DNA of 64,000 nt. Source: an uncultured Verrucomicrobiae bacterium (GTDB lineage Bacteria > Verrucomicrobiota > Verrucomicrobiia > Opitutales > JABDGR01). Where the stretch lies: positions 64,001 through 128,000 of the forward strand of contig CAVXVB010000011.1 in assembly GCA_963765205.1 (NCBI GenBank). The letters run 5' to 3'. Shown one piece after another: positions 40,601 through 49,734 of this stretch. The notes beneath the pieces are model-generated. The model was not told where the DNA came from. It made no database searches and worked only from the letters and a program-made list of their open reading frames with translations. How positions within the stretch are numbered: position 1 is the stretch's first letter; each line of letters opens with the position of its first letter. The translations under genes and the position numbers were made by a program.

Positions 40601-42736
40601 ATGTTGCCCGCGCGCGCCGGGCGAATTGCTATCTCAGGCATGTCCTTGTTTCGTGAAGCTGGGCCTGCGGCCGCACGCGCCGCCCCGGCCGGCCCGCTGG
40701 TGGACGGTTCCACGCAATTCCTCGCCATCACGCTCCCGCCGCGGGACAGCGTGGCTTACGCCTCGCTCCTGGACTTGGTCAAGGGCGCGGGTTTTCAACT
40801 CGAGCCCTTGAACCGCAAATGGTGGCTGCGCGACCGGCATCGCGTGCTCGAGTTTCTCGCGCGCCACCTCCCTGATTTGCGTGGCCGGCACCGCGCGCAA
40901 TTCACCCCCGGCTTTCAGCACCGCACCGCGCAACTGCAATTCGCGAAATTGACGGCGGACACCAACGGGCGCGACGGCACCTTCGAAGTCGGCCTCGAAT
41001 TGCACGCACCCGGCGCGGAGGAAGCGGCCTTGCGCGCCGCCCTCGCCCGCGGCCAGGCCTATATCGAGACCCCGCGCGGCCTGGTGCTAATCAGCCCCGA
41101 TACCGCCCGGCGGCTGGCCGCCGCCCAGCAGGCCCTCGGCGGCCCGGCGGCGGGCGCTGCACCCCTGGCCCGGTTCCGGCGCACCATGACCGCGGCGGAA
41201 TTACCCGCCGTCGAATCACTGCTCGAATCGCTCGCCGTTCCGTTTGAAACATCGGCCACCTGGAAGTCCCGCAGCGAGGCCCTGCGCAAACTCGACCGGC
41301 TGGAGCCGGCGCCGCTGCCTCCGGCGCTCGCCCGGCGGCTGCGCGAATACCAACGCGTCGGCGTGGCGTGGCTCTGGCATCTCTGGAAAAACCAGCTCGG
41401 CGGCGTCCTCGCCGACGAAATGGGCCTCGGCAAAACCGCGCAGGCGCTCGCGCTGCTCCATTGTGTCCACCATCCCAATACCCTGGGCGGATTGCCCAAC
41501 GCGCCCTCTCTGGTCGTGGCGCCCGCCGGCCTGCTTGGCAACTGGCGGCGCGAAGCCGCCACCTGGGCACCCGCGCTGCGCGCCTTCACCCATCATGGCG
41601 CGGAACGTTTGACCGGTCCGGAACAGACCTCATCCTACGACGTAATCTTCACTTCCTATGCGACGCTCGCGCGCGACGCCGCCCTTTTCACTTCGGTCGC
41701 CTGGGCGGCCGTCATTGCGGACGAAGCCCAGCACGTAAAGAACCGCCGCACCCACGCCGCGCGCGCGTTGCGGGCCTTGCGCGCTCGTTCGCGTTTCGCG
41801 CTCACCGGCACTCCGCTGGAAAACAGTTTCGACGACTTGCGCTCGCTCTTCGATTTCATCCTCCCTGGTTATCTTGGGTCCTCCGGCGCCGCGCGCGTGG
41901 CGCCCGCTGCTGCCGATCGGGCCGCGGATGACGCCGCCTTGCGCCGCCGCGCCGCGCCCTACGTCCTCCGCCGCACCAAGGCGCTGGTCGCGCCCGAATT
42001 GCCTCCGAAAATCGAACAAACTATTTTCTGCGAACTCGAGCCGCGGCAGGCGCAGCTCTATGCCCAAGTGCGCGAACGCGCGCGCGCGGCTTTTTTCCAG
42101 CTCGCCATGGGCAATGCGTCCGATGGCCGCCTGCGACTGGCTGCCTTCGAGGAATTGCTCCGCCTCCGCCAGGCCTGCGCCGACCCGCGCCTGCTCGATC
42201 CTGAATGCGGGGCGGACGATTCCGCCAAGCTGCGCGCCCTGCGCGAATTGCTTGACGAGGCGGTGGATGGCGGCCATCGCGCGCTGGTTTTTTCCCAGTT
42301 TGTGTCCGTTCTGGATTTGATCGAGCCGGCGCTCGCCGAAGCCGGCCTGCCCTGCCTGCGGCTCGACGGCTCGACGCCGCCGCGCGACCGCCTCGCCATC
42401 TGCGACCGCTTCAACGCCGACCCGGCGCTTCCTGTCCTGCTCATCTCCCTCAAAGCCGGCGGCACCGGCCTGAATTTGACCGGCGCGGACACAGTCATCC
42501 ATTTCGACCCCTGGTGGAATCCCGCGGTCGAAGCCCAGGCCACCGATCGCGCGCACCGCCTCGGCCAAACCCGCACGGTCACAAGCTACAAACTCATCGC
42601 CGCCGGCACCGTTGAAGAGCGCGTGCTCGCCCTGCAACAATCCAAGGCCGGCTTGCTGGCGGACTTTTTCGAGGAAAGCGGCGCGGCGTTCGAGAAAATT
42701 TCCCTGGCCGACGTCCGGCAACTGCTCGAGGAGTAG
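40601..42736 (+). CDS. SNF2-family helicase/ATPase
   Basis: LREYQ, LADEMGLGKT, DEAQ, LTGTPLEN, FSQF, SLKAGGTGLNL, WWNPAVEAQATDRAHRLGQ. Start uncertain. Confidence 0.93.
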   Translation: MLPARAGRIAISGMSLFREAGPAAARAAPAGPLVDGSTQFLAITLPPRDSVAYASLLDLVKGAGFQLEPLNRKWWLRDRHRVLEFLARHLPDLRGRHRAQFTPGFQHRTAQLQFAKLTADTNGRDGTFEVGLELHAPGAEEAALRAALARGQAYIETPRGLVLISPDTARRLAAAQQALGGPAAGAAPLARFRRTMTAAELPAVESLLESLAVPFETSATWKSRSEALRKLDRLEPAPLPPALARRLREYQRVGVAWLWHLWKNQLGGVLADEMGLGKTAQALALLHCVHHPNTLGGLPNAPSLVVAPAGLLGNWRREAATWAPALRAFTHHGAERLTGPEQTSSYDVIFTSYATLARDAALFTSVAWAAVIADEAQHVKNRRTHAARALRALRARSRFALTGTPLENSFDDLRSLFDFILPGYLGSSGAARVAPAAADRAADDAALRRRAAPYVLRRTKALVAPELPPKIEQTIFCELEPRQAQLYAQVRERARAAFFQLAMGNASDGRLRLAAFEELLRLRQACADPRLLDPECGADDSAKLRALRELLDEAVDGGHRALVFSQFVSVLDLIEPALAEAGLPCLRLDGSTPPRDRLAICDRFNADPALPVLLISLKAGGTGLNLTGADTVIHFDPWWNPAVEAQATDRAHRLGQTRTVTSYKLIAAGTVEERVLALQQSKAGLLADFFEESGAAFEKISLADVRQLLEE

Positions 42737-42793
42737 GTGGAGTATTGTTCCGCCGCAATGATCATCCCTGGCGGCCACGCCTGCGGGATAGTT

Positions 42794-42931
42794 AAGGATG
42801 GAGGATGAGGGATGAAAGATGAATCCAGAGAGACCAACCCGATTCACACGTAGCCGCCGTTTGTTTTTAGAAAGAAAAATCAGCATGCAGCACTGTCTCG
42901 TTTCATCTTTCATCCCTCCTCCTTCATCCTT
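42794..42931. repeat. Inverted pair of heptamer tracts (GGATGAR / YTCATCC)
   Basis: Arms 42794-42823 and 42902-42931 are reverse complements at 28 of 30 positions. Confidence 0.9.
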
Positions 42932-43015
42932 TTCCCAGCCGTTGCTTTTCCTGTTCAAGCTTCCCATTCCCGCCTCTACCTCCTACCTTCTATCTCCTAC
43001 TCCTGCCCTCCTCTC

Positions 43016-45622
43016 GTGCCCACTTGGTTCCCCAAACGAAAACGCTGGCGTCTGCTGGGAATTTACCTGGCGCTACTCGCCCTGTCGCATGTCTGGCAGT
43101 GGCTCGTGCCGCCCCGCGGCCAACCGCAGCCCGGCCAGGGAGCCGTGCCGGTGCATGTCTATGACCAGGCGGGCAATGCGACGCTGGTGCCCATGTATTA
43201 CCTGGAATTGGTCCCCCCGGGCAAGCCCGACGCCCCGGTGCTCGTCCTGATCCATGGCAGCCTGCTCAGCGCGCACGGACGCGACCAACTGGTCAACGCC
43301 CTGGCGCCCGATTATCATTTGCTCGTGCCGGATTTGCCTGGCTTCGGCGCTTCCGTCGGGTCGGATTTGCCGGACTATTCACTCGACAACTATGCCGAGC
43401 AACTGACGGAGCTGCTTGACGCCCTGCATATTGACCGCGCGAATTTCGCCGGCTATGGCATGGGTGGCGCGGTGGCCCTCACGGTGGCCGATACGGCGCC
43501 TGAGCGGGTCCAATCGCTGATCCTAATTGATTCGGCGGGCACGACCGAATTCGAATGGCTGGGCGATCCGCGCCTCAATAAGGCCATCTACGGCGCCCAA
43601 CTCGGCCTCTACAACACCGCCCGCGTGCTGGTGCCGCATTTCGGCCTGCTCGACACCGGCCCGTTCAACCTCGCCTCCGCGCGCATTTACTGGGACGCCA
43701 AACAGGAGCATCTGCGCGACATGCTCTGGAAATATGCCGGGCCGATGCTGATTCTCCATGCGCAGGACGACTTCGTGGACACCCTCCAATCGGCCCAGGA
43801 AAATAGCCGCCTGGTGCCCCAGAGCACGCTCGTCACCTATCCCGGCGGCCATTGGGCGGGCTTGCGCCATCCCGACTTGATTGTGCCTGCCCTGCACCAA
43901 TTTGTGGACGCCGCCGACCACGGACTCGCCCCCATCAAAGCATACGCCACTAAAGCGCGTTTGGTTGCCTCCCATCGTCCGGTCGAAATTACCGGGCCGA
44001 CCAGCCGCACCTACGAGGCGCTGCTCCTGTTTATCCTAGCCGTGCTAACCTTGTTTGGCGAAGACCTCACCTGCATCAGCGCCGGCTTGCTCGTCGCGCA
44101 AGGCGTCTTGGGCTATTGGGCGGTGGTGGGCTCCTGCCTGTCCGCCATCCTGGCCGGCAACCTGATGTATTACGTCGTGGGCTGGCGCTATGGGGCGCCG
44201 GCGCTCAAGCATCCGTTGTTTTCCTGGGCCATCAAAGAGAGCGACTTGCAACGCATGACGGCGCTCTACCGCCAGCGCGGCACCTGGATCGTATTTGTTT
44301 CGCGCTTTGTGCCGGCGAGCCGCCTGCCCGTCTTCATGAGCGCCGGCATTTTGCGCTTTTCATTTTGGCGGATGCTCACGGCGCTCGTGATCTCCAACCT
44401 GCTTTTTACGCCACTGTTTATCTGGACGTCCTCGTTGTTTGGCCAGCAGATGTTAAAGATGGCCGAGCATTATGAAAGGGCCGCGCTGCTCGTGGTGGTG
44501 GTGACGGTGCTCCTGCTGCTGGCGGCGTTGCACATCGTGCAGCCGCTGTGCACCTGGCGCGGGCGGCGGTTGTGGCGCGCGGGCTGGCGGCAGATGATGC
44601 GCTGGGAATTTTGGCCGGCCTGGCAGGTGCAGGCCCCGCTGCTGCCGGCCTTGTGGCGACTGGCGCGCCAGCACCACGGCGCCCTCGTTTTTACCTGTGC
44701 GAATCCCGGCCTGCCCTCCGGCGGGTTTGTCGGGGTGCCGAAGAGTGTCTATTTGCGCGCGCTGGCCGGCGCGGGCGTAGCGCTCCCGCGTTGGACACTG
44801 CTGCCCCCCGCCTCGGTGGATTCCCCCATCAAGGCCGATCTGCGGGCCACGGATCTTGATGCCTGGATGGCCCAGCAAGGCCTGGCGTGGCCGGTCGTGC
44901 TCAAGCGCGACGTGGGCGGCCTGGGCCGCGGTGTGCGGGTTTGCCGCCAACACGAGGAGGCGAAGCGCTTTTTTCGCGAGAACCTCGGCGCGGTCGTCGC
45001 CCAGGAATTTGTGCCCGGCGTCGAGTTTTCCATCTGGTTCGCGCGCGACCCCGGCGCGCCCGCCGCCCGCGTGCTGGCGGTGGCCGAAGCGCGGTTTCCC
45101 TCCGTCACGGGCGACGGCCGGAGCGCGCTGGACCGGCTGATCCTGGCCGACGACCGGGCCTTGTGCAGCGCGCGCATTTTTTTCACCAAGTTTGCCGCGC
45201 GCCTGGCCGACATTCCCCCGGCGGGCGAAGTGATTGTGCTCTCGGAAGTGGCGCAACCCGGTGACGGTGCCTACGCGCTCGACGCCACCGCCGACCTCTC
45301 CACCCCCGCCCTCGCTGTAGTGGCGGACGCATTCAGCCGGGCGGTCGGCGGATTTCATTTCGGCCGGGTCACCGTGCGCGCGCCGGCGCGGGAGGAGGTG
45401 CGCGCGGGGAGAAATTTGCGCGTCATCAGCGCGGCGGGCGTCAAGGCCGCCGGCTCCGCCATCCGCGATCCGCGGAGCACAATGGCCATTGCCCACCGGC
45501 AAACCATCCGGCAATGGGAGAGTTGTTTCGCCATCGGCGCAGTCCAGCGTGCGCAAGGCGCCCAGCCGCCGCCCTGGCGCACCGTTCTGCGCGATTGTGT
45601 CCGGGCGCGCATTGGCGGGTAG
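43016..45622 (+). CDS. Fusion protein: alpha/beta hydrolase fold + DedA/VTT membrane domain + ATP-grasp-like domain
   Basis: LIHGS, PDLPGFGAS, GYGMGG; GEDLTCISAG, SRFVPASRLP; WEFWP, CANPG, PVVLKRDVG..GRGV, QEFVPG, FHFGR. Confidence 0.85.
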   Translation: MPTWFPKRKRWRLLGIYLALLALSHVWQWLVPPRGQPQPGQGAVPVHVYDQAGNATLVPMYYLELVPPGKPDAPVLVLIHGSLLSAHGRDQLVNALAPDYHLLVPDLPGFGASVGSDLPDYSLDNYAEQLTELLDALHIDRANFAGYGMGGAVALTVADTAPERVQSLILIDSAGTTEFEWLGDPRLNKAIYGAQLGLYNTARVLVPHFGLLDTGPFNLASARIYWDAKQEHLRDMLWKYAGPMLILHAQDDFVDTLQSAQENSRLVPQSTLVTYPGGHWAGLRHPDLIVPALHQFVDAADHGLAPIKAYATKARLVASHRPVEITGPTSRTYEALLLFILAVLTLFGEDLTCISAGLLVAQGVLGYWAVVGSCLSAILAGNLMYYVVGWRYGAPALKHPLFSWAIKESDLQRMTALYRQRGTWIVFVSRFVPASRLPVFMSAGILRFSFWRMLTALVISNLLFTPLFIWTSSLFGQQMLKMAEHYERAALLVVVVTVLLLLAALHIVQPLCTWRGRRLWRAGWRQMMRWEFWPAWQVQAPLLPALWRLARQHHGALVFTCANPGLPSGGFVGVPKSVYLRALAGAGVALPRWTLLPPASVDSPIKADLRATDLDAWMAQQGLAWPVVLKRDVGGLGRGVRVCRQHEEAKRFFRENLGAVVAQEFVPGVEFSIWFARDPGAPAARVLAVAEARFPSVTGDGRSALDRLILADDRALCSARIFFTKFAARLADIPPAGEVIVLSEVAQPGDGAYALDATADLSTPALAVVADAFSRAVGGFHFGRVTVRAPAREEVRAGRNLRVISAAGVKAAGSAIRDPRSTMAIAHRQTIRQWESCFAIGAVQRAQGAQPPPWRTVLRDCVRARIGG

Positions 45623-45634
45623 GAAATATATTTC

Positions 45635-45878
45635 TGAATGCTGAGTGCTGAATTCTGAATGAAGAATTCCGCCTGCTGACTCCCTTCTGATACCACTACT
45701 CAATCGCTTATGGACTATATGGACTGGATGGACCGTAGGGAACGGCTTCAACAGAAGTCCAAAAGCGTCATGGAATTGGCATGACGCAATGGGTCTCCAT
45801 TAAACTTTAGGGTCCATGGCCGGTTTGAGCCCAATAATTTTCCGCCATCAGCATTCAGAATTCAGCATTCAGAATTCA
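45635..45878. repeat. Inverted pair of heptamer tracts (TGAATKC / GMATTCA) enclosing dispersed repeat copy B
   Basis: Arms 45635-45661 and 45852-45878 are reverse complements at 25 of 27 positions. Confidence 0.9.
45693..45783 (+). repeat. Dispersed ~95-bp repeat, copy B
   Basis: CCACTACTCAATCGCTTATGGACTATATGGACT...GAACGGCTTC...TCCAAAAGCGTCATGGAATTGGCATG. Confidence 0.85.
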
Positions 45879-45887
45879 TCACCCCCC

Positions 45888-47147
45888 ATGCGCCCTCTTT
45901 CCATCCTCTTTGCCCCTTTCGGCAGCGAGGGCGACGTGCGGCCCGTCCTCTGGCTGGCGGGCGGCCTCGCCGCGCGCGGCCACCGAATTTCGTTCATTAT
46001 CACACCTTATTATAAAAACCTTGTCGAGTCGCGCGGCTGGCGCGCGCTGGACGTGGGCACGGCGGAGGCATTTGCGGCCACTTTGCGTGACCCGCGCCTG
46101 TGGGCGCCGCGCCGCGGTTCCGAGCTGGTGCTGGACCACATGGTCGAAGCACTGCCGCGCTATGCGGATGTGCTAACCCGTACTCAAACCTCGTTTGATT
46201 TGGTCATCGGCACCACACTGGCCACCGGCGCCTTCACCTGGGCGGAGCAAAACCGCATTCCGCGCCTGATGCTGCACCTGCAGCCCTTGTGCTTGCGCAG
46301 CCTGGAGGACTGCCCGCTGTTTTTGGAGGAGCTGGAGTGGCTGGATCGCGCGCCCAAGCTGGCGCGGCGGACGCTGTTCTGGCTGACCGACCAGGTCCTC
46401 GCGCGAAAAATGTTTCCGGCGATTAACGCCCATCGCGCGCGCCTGGGCCTGCCGCCCTTGCGCCGGATTGACGATGACCTTTGGCACGGCGCGGACGGCG
46501 TGGCCGCGCTGTTTCCCGATTGGTTCGCCGCGCCGCAGCCGGACTGGCCGCGCCATCTCCGCCAATTTGGTTTTCCGCGCGAAGCCGCTTCCGAGTCGCC
46601 GCCGCCGCTGCCGCCGGAGTTGGAAAGTTTTCTTGCCGCCGGCCCGCCGCCGATTTTGTGGACGCATGGGTCGGCCAATCTGGACACCCAAAAATTCGCC
46701 GCCATCGCGCGGGAAGCCACCGCGAATCTCGGCGCGCGCGGCGTCCTCGTTGGCCCGGCCACGGAGGAAGTTCCGGCGACGGACAATTTTTTGCCTGTGC
46801 GGCCATGGCCTTTCGCCCAGATTTTTTCCCGCTGCGGCGCGGTGGTGCATCATGGCGGCATCGGCACCTCGGCGCAGGCGCTGGCCGCCGGGGTCCCGCA
46901 ACTCATCGTCCCGCGCGCGCACGACCAGCCCGACAATGCCCGCCGGCTCGAACGCCTCGGCGTGGGCGCGCGCTTGCGCTATGATAAATTAACCGCGCCC
47001 GCCGCCGTGCAAAAATTGCGGGCGCTGCTGTCATCTCCCACGACGCGCGCGGCCTGTGCGCAATGGCGGGAAAAAATTCTCGTCCCAAATTTTCTCCCCG
47101 CGCTCTGTGATTGGGCGGAGGAGATGGCTGCGAGGAAAGTGCCTTAG
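45888..47147 (+). CDS. GT1-family glycosyltransferase (RhlB/sterol glucosyltransferase-like)
   Basis: PFGSEGDVRP, VHHGGIGT, AGVPQLIVPRAHDQPDNA. Confidence 0.9.
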   Translation: MRPLSILFAPFGSEGDVRPVLWLAGGLAARGHRISFIITPYYKNLVESRGWRALDVGTAEAFAATLRDPRLWAPRRGSELVLDHMVEALPRYADVLTRTQTSFDLVIGTTLATGAFTWAEQNRIPRLMLHLQPLCLRSLEDCPLFLEELEWLDRAPKLARRTLFWLTDQVLARKMFPAINAHRARLGLPPLRRIDDDLWHGADGVAALFPDWFAAPQPDWPRHLRQFGFPREAASESPPPLPPELESFLAAGPPPILWTHGSANLDTQKFAAIAREATANLGARGVLVGPATEEVPATDNFLPVRPWPFAQIFSRCGAVVHHGGIGTSAQALAAGVPQLIVPRAHDQPDNARRLERLGVGARLRYDKLTAPAAVQKLRALLSSPTTRAACAQWREKILVPNFLPALCDWAEEMAARKVP

Positions 47148-47204
47148 TGCTTAGTTTTCCAGTGCTTGGTGATTTGCTTTTTTCGTGTGCGGCTTTTCTG
47201 TGTG

Positions 47205-47294
47205 CCACTTCTCAATCGTTGATGACTATATGGACTGTATGAACCGTATGGAACGGCTTCGACTGAAATCCAGAAGCGTGATGGAATTGGCATG
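47205..47294 (+). repeat. Dispersed ~95-bp repeat, copy C
   Basis: CCACTTCTCAATCG...GACTATATGGACT...GAACGGCTTC...GAAATCCAGAAGCGTGATGGAATTGGCATG. Confidence 0.85.
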
Positions 47295-47351
47295 GGCGCA
47301 TCTCGGTTTTTGGACAGTGATTTTGCCTCGCGAAGCGAGGCTCCGAACTTA

Positions 47352-48233
47352 GAGCTTATCCGTAAATAAAAGTTGTTCGTCTGCAAACAATAAGCGCGCT
47401 GGCGAGACAGAGCAAGGCTTCGTGGGAGGCGGCGGTTTTCTCAAACCGCACGAGGAGTTTGCGGTAGCGGTTGAGCCAGGAAGCGGTGCGTTCCACCACC
47501 CAGCGACGGGCTTGGCCGGTGGATCGGCGCGGGGCTGGTTTGGCTCCGCGGGCAGGCACATGCGGACGGTAGCCGTATTGGCGCATGGTGCGCAGGCCCG
47601 GTTTCCCCCAGTAACCCTTGTCGGCACACAAATGGGCCGTGCGCCGGTCGTGGCGCTGGCGCAACGTGCGGCGCACCAGCGTCACGTCGTGTTCATTGGC
47701 CCCGGCGACGATGAGCGACAGCGGGACGCCACGGGCGTCCACCAGCACGCTGCGCTTGCTCCCATTTTTTTCCCCGGTCGGTGGGGTTGGCTCCCACCGC
47801 TTCGCGCGCCAGAGGGGCCTTGACCAGGGAGCCATCGATGCTTTGCCACCGCCACGCGATGCCCTCCAATTCATCGTAGTCGGCCAGACCGGCCCGCCAC
47901 AACGCCTCGAAGAATCCGGCGGCGTGCCACTGCTGAAAGTATTTGTGCACGGAACTGGCGCTGCCATACCGGGCCTTGGACAGCGCTTTCCACTGGCAAC
48001 CCGTGCGCAGCACGTAAACCACCGCCTCGAAGATGCGTCGAGGCGCGAGGGCCTTGCGGCCCGCGCCTGCGGCGCGACGGTAGCGCCCGCCCGCCTTCCG
48101 GCCGGCGCGCGCGGGAACCAAAGGCTCGACTTTGGCCCAGAATTCATCAGAGATTTCCCAGGAGGATAGTCGCGGCATCCCCGCAGTTTATCCCGCCGCC
48201 TTCTCAACGCAATCCTTATTTACGGATAAGCTC
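47352..48233 (-). mobile_element. IS5-family insertion sequence, 882 bp
   Basis: Perfect 18-bp terminal inverted repeats GAGCTTATCCGTAAATAA (47352-47369 and 48216-48233) with TTA on both flanks as target duplication. Confidence 0.95.
47356..48178 (-). CDS. IS5-family transposase in two ORFs joined by a -1 frameshift
   Basis: ORF A YVLRTGCQWKAL, WQSIDGS, GANPTDRGK; ORF B GSKRSVLVD, GANEHD, ADKGY, RWVVERT. GGGGAAAAAAATGGG at the junction (about 47761-47775). Confidence 0.93.
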
Positions 48234-48261
48234 TTAGTCGTGGACTGAAGTCCACGGCTAA
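48234..48261. repeat. REP-like hairpin adjoining the IS
   Basis: TTAGTCGTGGACT-GA-AGTCCACGGCTAA palindrome with one mismatch. Confidence 0.7.
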
Positions 48262-48394
48262 TTTCGAGTTGTCACTCCGTGACTGCATAAAAACTGAGAT
48301 GCGCCCAATTGGCATTACTCCCGCCAGAAACATTCGACAAACTTCGGAACATCCACTAAACACTACTACACTAAGCACTAGAAACTCCACCCCC

Positions 48395-49678
48395 ATGTCC
48401 GCCTACCCGGCCACTTTGCCCGCCAGCGGCGCGTATGCGCCGTTGATGACGACCTACCGGCCGCCGTCGGTGCGGCGCACGGATTGGATCAATCCCCTGG
48501 TCCTGCTGGTGCTGGCGACGATGGGCGTTTTTTTCATTAAGTCTGCACAGGCACATGACCCGAACGGCACGCAATGGCTGCACCAGCTGGTCTGGTTGGT
48601 GCTCGGTGCGGCCCTCTATATCGCCATTGCCGCGTTTGATTATCACTTGTGGATGAAATACGCCTGGCTGGTGTATCTTGGCAGCATTGTGCTTCTTTTG
48701 CTATTGTGGACGCCGTTAGGTGACGCCGGCTCGGAGCGGACCCACGCGCGGCGCTGGCTGGGAATCGGTTCGTATACCATTCAGCCTTCGGAGTTTGCAA
48801 AAGTTGGTGCGATCGTCATGCTGTCCTTTTATCTGGATAAATGGAAGCTAGGCGGTTTGCGCGCTTCCCTCGCGATGCTCGGCAAACTCGCCGTCATTGT
48901 GGGCGTGCCTATGGTCTTGATTTTTTTGCAGCCGGACTTAGGCTCTAGTCTGGCCTTGTGCCCCACGGTGTTCGCCCTCCTATATGTTTCCAATTTATCG
49001 GCACGATTTTTCGTGACGGTCTTTTTGCTGTTTTTGGCGGGGGCCTTCGTCTTGGGCACGGACATCAAACACTACGAAAATTTTTTGCAAGCGAACCACT
49101 ACACCCCGCAGGACGACCACGGCCAGCATGAAACCGGCAAATATGAAAAACTGTCGTGGCTGCCGCTGAAAGATTACCAGCGCGACCGCATCGCGTCCTT
49201 TTTGGACCCCGAGGCGGTGGGCCCGTTGGGCATTGGGGTGACGTGGAACCAGAAGCAGTCGCTCATTGCGGTGGGGACGGGCGGTTTGACGGGCAAGGGT
49301 TACGAACAAGGCACCCAGGCCCGCCTCGGCTACCTCCCCTCCAAAGTGGCGACGAGTGATTTTATTATGGCCGTCTTCCTTGAGGAGACGGGTTTTGTCG
49401 GCGGCCTGGCCGTGATCGGCCTATACGCCATCCTGTTGGGCAACACTTTGCGCATCGCCTGGCTCGCGCGCGACCGGTTTGGACAACTGTTGTGCGTGGG
49501 CGTGGCGGTGCTGTTTATGGTGCATGTGTTTGTGAACATCGGGATGGTGCAGGGGCTGGTGCCGGTCAAAGGCATTCCACTGCCGCTGTTCAGCTACGGA
49601 GGTTCCTTCGTGCTGGGCTGCTGCATTCTCATGGGTTTGGTGCAAAGCGTTTACCGTCACTGCCGCGAGGCCGTCTGA
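48395..49678 (+). CDS. rodA: Rod shape-determining SEDS protein
   Basis: ARRWL, IQPSEFAK, LQPDLGS, YQRDRI, GTGGLTGKG, SDFI..EETGF, GIPLPLFSYGGS. Confidence 0.93.
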   Translation: MSAYPATLPASGAYAPLMTTYRPPSVRRTDWINPLVLLVLATMGVFFIKSAQAHDPNGTQWLHQLVWLVLGAALYIAIAAFDYHLWMKYAWLVYLGSIVLLLLLWTPLGDAGSERTHARRWLGIGSYTIQPSEFAKVGAIVMLSFYLDKWKLGGLRASLAMLGKLAVIVGVPMVLIFLQPDLGSSLALCPTVFALLYVSNLSARFFVTVFLLFLAGAFVLGTDIKHYENFLQANHYTPQDDHGQHETGKYEKLSWLPLKDYQRDRIASFLDPEAVGPLGIGVTWNQKQSLIAVGTGGLTGKGYEQGTQARLGYLPSKVATSDFIMAVFLEETGFVGGLAVIGLYAILLGNTLRIAWLARDRFGQLLCVGVAVLFMVHVFVNIGMVQGLVPVKGIPLPLFSYGGSFVLGCCILMGLVQSVYRHCREAV

Positions 49679-49734
49679 CATTATAATGCCGCGAGCCAAC
49701 CCTCCCCTCCTGATTTTCAACCAACCCATTCACC

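Noticed and set aside
47761..47775. IS transposase break as a pseudogene or assembly error
   Set aside because: A -1 shift at an A7 run at the usual two-ORF junction of this IS5 subgroup, with intact TIRs; opposite in sign to the +1 breaks elsewhere.
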